Source: a virus
Lineage: Duplodnaviria > Caudoviricetes
Virus record (IMG/VR): IMGVR_UViG_3300023115_000020
Span: 1 to 62,733 of that record
Direction: 5' to 3' (one strand)
Length of the DNA stretch: 62,733 nt
The notes beneath the pieces were generated by a model. That model was not told the DNA's origin, ran no database searches, and saw only the letters and a list, made by a program, of their open reading frames with translations. The position numbers and the translations under genes were made by a program. Of this stretch, positions 1 through 7,560 are shown piece by piece; position 1 is the first letter of the stretch; every line of letters starts with the position of its first letter.

Positions 1-141
1 CACATTAAACGGAAACCATTTGCGGTCTTTTAAGAAAAGATAATATCGAGTTAAGTAAGGCTCGTTTTCGTAACGGTCCATAATTACTCGCTTGCGTCCT
101 AGTTTGTCTAACCAGGATAAAAATTTAGAACGGAATGTCAT
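1..141 (-). CDS. hypothetical protein, N-terminal part (runs off window)
   Basis: Read manually: ATG at 139-141 gives MTFRSKFLSWLDKLGRKRVIMDRYENEPYLTRYYLFLKDRKWFPFNV with no stop; overlaps the end of the upstream gene. Confidence 0.7.
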   Translation of the reverse strand, partial: MTFRSKFLSWLDKLGRKRVIMDRYENEPYLTRYYLFLKDRKWFPFNV

Positions 142-547
142 CTTCGAATTCATCTATTTCTCCTGCCTTTTTCTTGCCTTCGTAGTCTTGTTTAACCATA
201 TCGTATACAGCCTTAAAGTTACGCCAAACTTTTTTTAATGCTGGATACTCTTTACACATCTTTTCAACTTCACTTGGGCTAATGATGCCAAAGTCGCCTG
301 TCAAGTTCCAATCACCAATGTTAATAGTAGTATCTATAGTATTAGTGTCAATAGTAAACGAACCGTCGTAACTACTGCTGTCATAAACAACGTCAGTTAC
401 ATTATTACCTGCCCAGTACGTTGTAGTAGTACCGTAAGTATCATTTAAGTTGATAGTAACACTATCACCAGTATTATTTACAAAATCGTCCAACTTTAAA
501 TCACTTATATCGATAGTAAAACTATCATCCTTCTTTGATTGCGTCAT
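125..547 (-). CDS. hypothetical acidic protein
   Basis: 140-aa ORF within a tightly packed operon; D/T-rich, ends EDDIPF. Confidence 0.7.
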   Translation of the reverse strand: MTQSKKDDSFTIDISDLKLDDFVNNTGDSVTINLNDTYGTTTTYWAGNNVTDVVYDSSSYDGSFTIDTNTIDTTINIGDWNLTGDFGIISPSEVEKMCKEYPALKKVWRNFKAVYDMVKQDYEGKKKAGEIDEFEDDIPF

Positions 548-1625
548 AAAGAGCCGCTCCGCTAAAAAAGTTTTTATTTAATACTGTACGCTGTTTATCT
601 AAACTTACTAGATAGTCGTCATAGTTTTCCATATAATGACGAATCTTATCAACTATTAAACCTCTGTACTTTCTATAAGCAAAAAAGTCTTCAGTCCATT
701 CACTTGGATATAAAAACTCTGGAACAGACATTTCTGAATAACTTAATCTATCAGGCACCATGGGAATTGTATCTACTAGTGCGCCTTCGTACCAACTAAT
801 ACCAAGTGTTTCTTGTAGGTTAGCAGAGAACACCATCTTTGCTTCGCCTAACAAATTATGATATTCATTTTTAGTAAGCTCACGTTCTTGACATACAACA
901 AACTCGTATTCAGGCAGTTGTTCTGCTAAATCGCGGAATATTTCAACTTGTTTCTCTGGAGCAATACGATGCGGAAAGAGTATAAGATTACGCTTCTCCA
1001 TACCTTTGTAATTGTCTAAACTGTTCTTTAAATACTCCATAGGCCAGCCTGCACGTACAATTTTACCGTCGTTGTACAGTTCTTCTACTTCTTCGTCAAA
1101 CCAAGGATTCTCTGAAGGCATGCCATTGTTTAGCATTTCTGTGTGAAACAGTTTAGCGTGGAAGTCAGTAGCAAAAAAGTTTTGATCGTATACATGATAC
1201 ATACTCTTTTCTGCATGACGTACCCACGGAGCATTACCAATCAGTCTACCAAGGAAATCATGAGGATCGTAAGAACCAGCATGCCAAAGGCCACCGATTC
1301 TAATATCCACGGACAAAAGACTAGCCATGTAACGAAGCTGGATAACCGTTGGATTCCACGCATCAGTATATAGGAAATAGTCTCCATCTTTAATTTCTCC
1401 TTTACAAAACATTTCGCCAATAGTTTCAAGCTGTTTGCTCTTGTACACATTGGTTCCGCCGAAATTAAGAAATGCCCCAGGCGTAGTAGCCTGAGGCGTC
1501 TCTCCTCCACTTATGACCTTTACGTCTACATTTGTAGCACGTTGAAGTTGCCGTGGAAGATATTCCTTCCATTGCTTAGTATAACGTGTATCTACTGCTT
1601 CAATGTCTACAATGTAGATAGTCAT
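525..1625 (-). CDS. GT-B (family 1/4-like) glycosyltransferase
   Basis: FPHRIAPEKQ and ETLGISWYEG (E-x7-E) motifs typical of the GT-B C-terminal domain. Confidence 0.75.
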   Translation of the reverse strand: MTIYIVDIEAVDTRYTKQWKEYLPRQLQRATNVDVKVISGGETPQATTPGAFLNFGGTNVYKSKQLETIGEMFCKGEIKDGDYFLYTDAWNPTVIQLRYMASLLSVDIRIGGLWHAGSYDPHDFLGRLIGNAPWVRHAEKSMYHVYDQNFFATDFHAKLFHTEMLNNGMPSENPWFDEEVEELYNDGKIVRAGWPMEYLKNSLDNYKGMEKRNLILFPHRIAPEKQVEIFRDLAEQLPEYEFVVCQERELTKNEYHNLLGEAKMVFSANLQETLGISWYEGALVDTIPMVPDRLSYSEMSVPEFLYPSEWTEDFFAYRKYRGLIVDKIRHYMENYDDYLVSLDKQRTVLNKNFFSGAALYDAIKEG

Positions 1626-1832
1626 TTAGTTTCTCCGTTGGTTAATATTGCGCCCTGCATTACGGGCTTTTGCACGAAGATAATTTTGATATTTTTGATA
1701 AGATTGCCAGGTAATATCATCCTTGTTGTACAAAGCCTTTTCATCAAAAACCTTACCTTCAAAGCGACAGTAGTCGCGAAACTTTTCCAAATCGTCAAAA
1801 ATCTTTTCGACTGGTGGGAAGTTAGTAGCCAT
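1626..1832 (-). CDS. hypothetical protein
   Basis: 68-aa ORF abutting its neighbours, with a purine-rich RBS. Confidence 0.7.
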   Translation of the reverse strand: MATNFPPVEKIFDDLEKFRDYCRFEGKVFDEKALYNKDDITWQSYQKYQNYLRAKARNAGRNINQRRN

Positions 1833-1848
1833 TTTAATTTACTCTCTC

Positions 1849-2334
1849 TTAGCATTTGGGATAAAAAATGGAACAGCCGTTTTCGTTGTCTTCAGCGACA
1901 CTAATCTCTACAAATCGGCCGGGATACTTTGTAGAAATTTCCTGATACAAGTCATCTGCAATCATCTCACATGACTTGTAATCTAGTTCTAAAACTGACA
2001 CTTTACCGTCGGACGAATCGCCTCCATTATAGAGTCTTTCCATCCATCGTTTGAACTGGATGAACTCGATGTCTCTATCGTTGTGGAACACCTCGATGCG
2101 CACCCGGAAGTGGAAAATATGACGATGAGGAACAGCAAGGAAACTAACATCGTCCCAGTCACCTGTCGCCAATTTTGGATCTTTGTCTGCATTTGGATAT
2201 TTATGTATTCCTTCCTTAGTAAAGGTGACCCAAATACTACGTTCTGCATTTTGCATTGCGTTTTGTTGTGACATTTTTTGATCTTCTTCTCTCATTCTTC
2301 TGCCCATATAATCATGGTAGGATTCACGTTGCAT
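1849..2334 (-). CDS. QueD-like T-fold protein (DpdL-like)
   Basis: LAVPHRHIF = LxxxHRHxF, plus SCEMIA and terminal VAED motifs of the PTPS/QueD fold; near the TGT-like gene. Confidence 0.65.
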   Translation of the reverse strand: MQRESYHDYMGRRMREEDQKMSQQNAMQNAERSIWVTFTKEGIHKYPNADKDPKLATGDWDDVSFLAVPHRHIFHFRVRIEVFHNDRDIEFIQFKRWMERLYNGGDSSDGKVSVLELDYKSCEMIADDLYQEISTKYPGRFVEISVAEDNENGCSIFYPKC

Positions 2335-2341
2335 TGTTTAT

Positions 2342-2370
2342 ATAATACTTTCATTCTATAACTTTGTCAA
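2342..2370 (-). promoter_or_regulatory. sigma70-type promoter
   Basis: TTGACA-17nt-TATTAT on the minus strand, upstream of 1849..2334. Confidence 0.7.
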
Positions 2371-2884
2371 GTCCATACTTACTCCAATCGGTAAACTTTT
2401 CATCGTCCATTAGATTGTGAAGTCTGTGACACCAAACACCTGGATTAGTTGCGTTAAAATCCTTATCATCCAATTTAATCATGGTGTTATAATTATACTG
2501 TTTGATGTAAGGAAGGGGAATTCTAATCTGCGGAATAAAGTTGTTCTGCTCAATTAGAATACTTTCGAGTAGTGCTTCTGCGTGACTGTAAGGAAGATCT
2601 AAACTACACAAGATACCTTTCTCAAGAAAGTGCATAATCATGTCGTCCCACTCTTCCCAAGCATCTGCATCTTTTGGAAAATTTACACCTGGATGGAAAC
2701 TGTGATTGGCTCCAAAGAAGATGTGTTCACACTGCTCCTTTTCGTACCAGAATTCAATTTCGTCTACAGGCTGTACACCTGTAACAAACAATGTACGCAT
2801 ACCAAGTGCAGGAGTCTTTTCAACTTCGACGCCTACAAAGTATTTTACATCAGTTTGTACACCGTCTTCGTAGTCTCTTTTCAT
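2351..2884 (-). CDS. hypothetical protein in the DNA-modification locus
   Basis: 177-aa ORF with ATGA overlap; HIFFGANHS and NPGVWCH look like conserved motifs. Confidence 0.75.
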   Translation of the reverse strand: MKRDYEDGVQTDVKYFVGVEVEKTPALGMRTLFVTGVQPVDEIEFWYEKEQCEHIFFGANHSFHPGVNFPKDADAWEEWDDMIMHFLEKGILCSLDLPYSHAEALLESILIEQNNFIPQIRIPLPYIKQYNYNTMIKLDDKDFNATNPGVWCHRLHNLMDDEKFTDWSKYGLDKVIE

Positions 2885-3090
2885 TTTAGTTCCAACTGTA
2901 CTAAACGTAGGTTAATTCTATGTATTTCGTCTTTTAAATAGAGTTTCATAGTTTTCATTTTACGAACTTCGTCGGTTACTGTTTGATTATTGTAACGTAT
3001 TTTAAGTTCAGTGTCAAGAGCTTTATGACGCCGCTCTAGTTCTTCCAAGTGACTACGAAGTTTATCTTCTTCTTCAGGATAATTGCTCAT
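2881..3090 (-). CDS. DUF465/YdcH-like small coiled-coil protein
   Basis: LEELERRHKALD...KLYLKDEI pattern. Confidence 0.6.
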   Translation of the reverse strand: MSNYPEEEDKLRSHLEELERRHKALDTELKIRYNNQTVTDEVRKMKTMKLYLKDEIHRINLRLVQLELK

Positions 3091-4627
3091 CTTCAAGAAT
3101 CTCCAAATTATGCTCCTCTTCTTCAGTAAAGGAACCGTCCTCGTGTAAATCTTCTTGGACTTCTGATTCTTCTACATCAAATAAGGCGTTAAAATGTGTA
3201 CTAGCATTTACAGTCTTTTTACCAACTGCACCTCTAGTGCCGGGTATAGCCATCCAAAAGCGACTATATTCTTCTATTTTTTGTAAAGCTTCGTCTCTGT
3301 CTGTAATTGCAAATATTTCTTCCACAACATCTCTAAATAGTATCCTGTCAAATTGCTCTTGAACAAGCATTCTCGGAATGACGCCATTGTCGTATTGTCT
3401 GTTTGCTTCTTGTACTGCATTAATGTGACTCCACACGTTATGTCCCATTTGGATAGCGTACGAGAAACTATCCCAGGACGTCTTCCCTTCTTTACCTATC
3501 TTATTTAGGTCTCCGGGAGCATATGTACAAACGTCTGATACTTTAAGTTCAGCGGTAATTGGACTGTCTTCAAAGTTTTTAAATATCCCATCTGATATAA
3601 CAGCATCTCTAAACAAACGGTTGTCTGTAGCATACTTTTTATCGTCAACTGACGGCACCATTCGATATGTCCATTTCGACCGATCCTCTGTCTCGTTCTG
3701 TATGTATATCTGTCCGTTTGCGGTTGCAAGGAAAGGACTAGCACAGTCAAAAGTGATAGTGAAGTTTTCATTATAATTCTTCCTTACTGCTCTTTGAATA
3801 TCTGTTAGTAGTAATGCCCATTCTAATTTTGATGTACCTAGGAAGTGCATTACATCGTGAATGCCTTTTTCTAATAGTCCGTCAAAGTGCAGTGTAACGA
3901 TTCGTTTCAACACCAAGTGAACATCACACATATTTTGTCCACCCATTGCCCAACCGTTAAAGTGATTGTCCGGATACTGTTTGGGATCACAGTAGTCCTT
4001 CATTTGGTTGTACCAATCATCTGCTTCTGCGTGATTCTCGCCTTGCAATACGTTTAGGAATTTGCAAGCACCAGTACGATTAGCAATCCAATAGTCATTG
4101 TTAATTCTTGTACCATCTACAGCCTCTTGATAACTTGTAATGCCTGTTGCTTCTTGTCCACGAGGTGAACGTGCCACCCACGCTGGAATATCAAGCACCA
4201 TGCCATAGTCCATATAAGCATCCATCCAACGGAGAACACCATCTCTTTTCTTTTGTGCTTTAGGACAGTTAGGATTTTTCCAGTCACCTTCCCATACGCC
4301 TTTACCAATCTGGAAACCACCTGAGTCGCCTAGTATCCACGAGTTCTGTCTATCTCTATTACGCACCATATCTTCTTTGGGTGAGTGCTTGTTCACATCA
4401 AGCTCTGCATGTCCTGCAGAGTACAGTGTCCATTGGTATTGGAACTGACCTTCTTGTTTGTTTAAATAGTTTAGACTTTCAACACCGTTAGCAAAGTTGC
4501 TAGGAATTCGTGACTTATCTACATATTCATCAAAACGCTGTTTGCCTACATAAGTTGCATAAAAGCCACTTAATGCTGGCAAAAATCTTGCGTAGTCTTT
4601 TTGTTCAGTAGTTAAGTCTTTATTCAT
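3074..4627 (-). CDS. tRNA-guanine transglycosylase-like protein (DpdA-like 7-deazaguanine insertase)
   Basis: DSGGFQI catalytic motif, LDIP, VLQG, HFLG and FDCAS, in the order expected for the TGT barrel. Confidence 0.75.
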   Translation of the reverse strand: MNKDLTTEQKDYARFLPALSGFYATYVGKQRFDEYVDKSRIPSNFANGVESLNYLNKQEGQFQYQWTLYSAGHAELDVNKHSPKEDMVRNRDRQNSWILGDSGGFQIGKGVWEGDWKNPNCPKAQKKRDGVLRWMDAYMDYGMVLDIPAWVARSPRGQEATGITSYQEAVDGTRINNDYWIANRTGACKFLNVLQGENHAEADDWYNQMKDYCDPKQYPDNHFNGWAMGGQNMCDVHLVLKRIVTLHFDGLLEKGIHDVMHFLGTSKLEWALLLTDIQRAVRKNYNENFTITFDCASPFLATANGQIYIQNETEDRSKWTYRMVPSVDDKKYATDNRLFRDAVISDGIFKNFEDSPITAELKVSDVCTYAPGDLNKIGKEGKTSWDSFSYAIQMGHNVWSHINAVQEANRQYDNGVIPRMLVQEQFDRILFRDVVEEIFAITDRDEALQKIEEYSRFWMAIPGTRGAVGKKTVNASTHFNALFDVEESEVQEDLHEDGSFTEEEEHNLEILEDEQLS

Positions 4628-4772
4628 CTTTTTCCTTTATGTGTTCGTAATCTAAGTAACTAGAACACCACTCGTAAAAATGTTTATCTGTATCAGGCCA
4701 ACAATCAGCAAACACAGAATCTTCTTTTCTATGTTGTCTATATTCTTGTCTAGCCTGTTTTTCAGTAATCAT
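4620..4772 (-). CDS. small hypothetical protein (50 aa)
   Basis: Manual translation MITEKQARQEYRQHRKEDSVFADCWPDTDKHFYEWCSSYLDYEHIKEKDE; fills the gap and overlaps both neighbours. Confidence 0.65.
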   Translation of the reverse strand: MITEKQARQEYRQHRKEDSVFADCWPDTDKHFYEWCSSYLDYEHIKEKDE

Positions 4773-5512
4773 TACTTGCTCTGTGCTGGTAAGATATAAT
4801 CGTATGTTGCCATACCTGAGTTAACACTAATCTTCATTGCACCTTGATCTGAAATGCTCATTGTAATGTCGCCACTTAGATTTAGTATTGCTTGTACTTG
4901 TGCTACAGGCCAACTCCATGTATGTTGTAATGAACCTGAAATTGCATTCTGGAAAACAAATTTACCTGCGTGTGTGCTTGCATCGCCAAAACTAAACACT
5001 AAGTCTGTAACACCGCCTGTAACTTCAGTTCTTACATTAAATGTAGGTTCTTCAGCATGTGCCGCTGCCATTAGTTTTAAACGTCCAATGCTTGAAACAC
5101 TTGGCTTTACTTCGACATCCCATGTTGCGCCTTTAAATTTTACACTTTTAAGTTTTTCTTCAATGATTGCTTTGTTCATAAAGCGATAATCATTTTGGAA
5201 ATCACCTGTTGTGTTTTCAAAGTGAATATGTGTTGGAACAACTTCTCCGTTGCGTTCTGCTTGTACAACTTCAATTTTAGCATTGTCTTTGTATTCAGGA
5301 TTCTTAAGATGCAAACTTAGTTTGTCTAAGTTAGGCATACCAAAAGTTCCTACAAACTCGTTAACTGGATTGTGTGTTTCTGCTGTTAAAATAACAGAAC
5401 GATCTTCCGCCATCGAGTCAATTGATGTGCTTTCGTCATTAGTAACTTTGACTAACGATAAAAAACCTAGTGCGTGAGTATGTGCTACTACGTCTTGTAA
5501 AATGTCTTTCAT
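4772..5512 (-). CDS. putative DNA sliding clamp (gp45/PCNA-like)
   Basis: 246 aa, alternating beta/alpha pattern, ends YDYILPAQ like clamp C-termini; near PolB, with a clamp loader elsewhere in the window. Confidence 0.55.
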   Translation of the reverse strand: MKDILQDVVAHTHALGFLSLVKVTNDESTSIDSMAEDRSVILTAETHNPVNEFVGTFGMPNLDKLSLHLKNPEYKDNAKIEVVQAERNGEVVPTHIHFENTTGDFQNDYRFMNKAIIEEKLKSVKFKGATWDVEVKPSVSSIGRLKLMAAAHAEEPTFNVRTEVTGGVTDLVFSFGDASTHAGKFVFQNAISGSLQHTWSWPVAQVQAILNLSGDITMSISDQGAMKISVNSGMATYDYILPAQSK

Positions 5513-5539
5513 TTATGATTCTCCATTGATGTTAAGTTT

Positions 5540-5568
5540 ATTATAGTGCCTAAGTGCTTGTTTGTCAA
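5540..5568 (-). promoter_or_regulatory. sigma70-type promoter (perfect consensus)
   Basis: TTGACA-17nt-TATAAT. Confidence 0.85.
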
Positions 5569-5571
5569 GCA

Positions 5572-6282
5572 TTAATTTGCAATTTTTCGTTCTTTGAACC
5601 AACTTAGATACTCCCAAGTTTGTCTCCAATTTTGTATTGTTCTAGTATGATGTGCTAATTGTGCTAACGGATAGTCATTACCGTCTTTGTGCATTGCATC
5701 ACCAAAAAACCAAATTGTATCTTTTTCCATATCAAAATCTTTTACAACTTGACTTTTGTCAGCACCTTTTGGTGCAATGTCAATTCCAGTTTCACCGCCT
5801 ACCTTTGCTTCAAGATTGGTAAACAATCTATTAAACTTGTAAGCAATCTTTTCACGTTCTTTTTGTTCACTGTCCCATTTTACATACAGTTTGCGTTCTC
5901 CAAGCGTAGCATTACGTCCTACTATACTAAAGTTTACCATACCGGGGCGATGTTCAAAGTGTAATCCTGTGCGTAGCGGAAATGCGCTTGCAGTTAGTTC
6001 TTCGCTTAACCAGTCGTGTGCATCTTCAGGTAGTATCCATTCGTTTGTGCGAATGTGAGTTGTACCTTCCCAAACATCATTGCCATTACAGTTGTAAACA
6101 CGTTTACATAAGTTGTAGGTAGGCTCACTAATTTGTTCAATAGTCTTAGGCTTGTCGCTACCTGTAACTAGATATACATCATTCATTAGACAAAAAGAAT
6201 TAAAGAACGCTTTAAAGTCTAAGTCAATAATACCTCTACTAGGAGTAAGTGTACCATCTACATCAAAAATAAACTTATTCAT
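5572..6282 (-). CDS. HAD-IIB hydrolase, phosphomannomutase (PMM)-like
   Basis: FDVDGTLT motif I, VTGSD, NFSIVGR, DK and FFGD...GNDYP, as in the eukaryote-type PMM family. Confidence 0.8.
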   Translation of the reverse strand: MNKFIFDVDGTLTPSRGIIDLDFKAFFNSFCLMNDVYLVTGSDKPKTIEQISEPTYNLCKRVYNCNGNDVWEGTTHIRTNEWILPEDAHDWLSEELTASAFPLRTGLHFEHRPGMVNFSIVGRNATLGERKLYVKWDSEQKEREKIAYKFNRLFTNLEAKVGGETGIDIAPKGADKSQVVKDFDMEKDTIWFFGDAMHKDGNDYPLAQLAHHTRTIQNWRQTWEYLSWFKERKIAN

Positions 6283-6452
6283 CTTAGGCTCGATTGATTA
6301 TCTAGTAGCCAAATGCATTCTCCAATGTCACCTGGATCTGTAAATCCTTTGTCTACAGTGCATCTTTCATATGGATGTATTTGATATGCAAACTCTATAC
6401 CTAATCCAAATGCAGCCGCCATTAATACAAGTATAAGTAAGAACTGCTTCAT
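6279..6452 (-). CDS. small secreted/membrane protein (57 aa)
   Basis: Manual translation MKQFLLILVLMAAAFGLGIEFAYQIHPYERC...; ATGA overlaps on both sides. Confidence 0.6.
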   Translation of the reverse strand: MKQFLLILVLMAAAFGLGIEFAYQIHPYERCTVDKGFTDPGDIGECIWLLDNQSSLR

Positions 6453-6613
6453 CCTTGTAGTGCCTTATGTCTTGCTTCGCTTGCTGCTTTTACATATTCT
6501 GAAAATCTGTCTGCAATTTCTCGCATTTCTTTTGCATTTACATTAGAAGTACCATATGATTCTGCAGTACGAGCAATATCGTGTAATTTGATAATCATTT
6601 CATTGTCGGTCAT
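6449..6613 (-). CDS. small hypothetical protein (54 aa)
   Basis: Manual translation MTDNEMIIKLHDIARTAES...ALQG; ATGA overlaps on both sides. Confidence 0.6.
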   Translation of the reverse strand: MTDNEMIIKLHDIARTAESYGTSNVNAKEMREIADRFSEYVKAASEARHKALQG

Positions 6614-7026
6614 AGTTTTGTTCTCTCTGTTACTCGCGACCTTAAATCACTAGATGAAAATCTATGGTCGCGTTTGTTGAAGTATAAATCAATATCTCTT
6701 TGACGGCAGATATCCTTTCCGGTGAAATCCTTATCTCTGTATTCCTCTCCTAATATTCTAACATCAATATGATACATTGTCAAGATATCTTCAAGGTCTT
6801 TTTCAGTTCCATAAGGAATAATTTCGTCAACATACCCAACTGCTTTAAGTTGTGTATAACGCTCTACAACAGTTTGAATAGGACTATTTTTTTCTGCTCT
6901 ATCTATACTTGGATCAACTTGTAATCCGCATATAAGATAATCGCATTGTTCTTTTGCTTCACGTAACATTATTACATGTCCGGCATGTAATAAGTCAAAT
7001 GTTGAACAAGTAAATCCCACCTTCAT
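6610..7026 (-). CDS. cytidylyltransferase (TagD/RfaE-like)
   Basis: FDLLHAGH (HxGH) and the C-terminal SSS motif. Confidence 0.85.
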   Translation of the reverse strand: MKVGFTCSTFDLLHAGHVIMLREAKEQCDYLICGLQVDPSIDRAEKNSPIQTVVERYTQLKAVGYVDEIIPYGTEKDLEDILTMYHIDVRILGEEYRDKDFTGKDICRQRDIDLYFNKRDHRFSSSDLRSRVTERTKL

Positions 7027-7112
7027 TGTTTTTTTACCTTATGATTCATTAGTTTACAAGAGCTCCACTTACAGTTAACATCGTATTTCTTTTTACATAT
7101 TACGCAAATCAT
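7023..7112 (-). CDS. 29-aa Cys-rich micro-protein
   Basis: MICVICKKKYDVNCKWSSCKLMNHKVKKQ; ATGA overlap with both neighbours. Confidence 0.45.
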   Translation of the reverse strand: MICVICKKKYDVNCKWSSCKLMNHKVKKQ

Positions 7113-7438
7113 TCGTACCTCTTTCCGTCAAACACACAAATAAACTCTAACCAGTAAGGTCCTGTATTATGAACTTTATGAAATACATTATCTTCAACAA
7201 GAACAACATCACCTTCTTTAACATCAAAAATTTTATGATCTAGTTCCATTTTTCCTGTGCCTGATACAAAGAAATAAACTTCTTCTTGTCCAGCGTGTCT
7301 ATGTCCATTAGTGGATTGATTAGAACGTAATCTAGTTTTACTAACAACTAAGTTTTTTAAAGTCTTATTATCAAACAATTGATATTGATCATTGTCTTTA
7401 ACTAACTCGCCTTCAATATTTGATGTAGTAAGTTTCAT
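7109..7438 (-). CDS. cupin-domain protein (mannose-6-phosphate isomerase-like)
   Basis: HRHAGQEEVY...G...FH cupin motifs; start placed at MKLTT behind a GAAGGA RBS. Confidence 0.8.
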   Translation of the reverse strand: MKLTTSNIEGELVKDNDQYQLFDNKTLKNLVVSKTRLRSNQSTNGHRHAGQEEVYFFVSGTGKMELDHKIFDVKEGDVVLVEDNVFHKVHNTGPYWLEFICVFDGKRYE

Positions 7439-7442
7439 GTTT

Positions 7443-7559
7443 TTATCCTTCAAAGTTATAATTTTCTGCTAATGCTTTTAATATTTCAATTAATTCTTGT
7501 ATGGTATTTAGGTCTTGATCTCTCTCGGTATCAATTTCTATTTCCATTTTTATTTTCAT
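7443..7559 (-). CDS. small hypothetical protein (38 aa)
   Basis: Manual translation MKIKMEIEIDTERDQDLNTIQELIEILKALAENYNFEG; GGAG RBS inside the end of polB. Confidence 0.6.
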   Translation of the reverse strand: MKIKMEIEIDTERDQDLNTIQELIEILKALAENYNFEG

Positions 7560-7560
7560 T

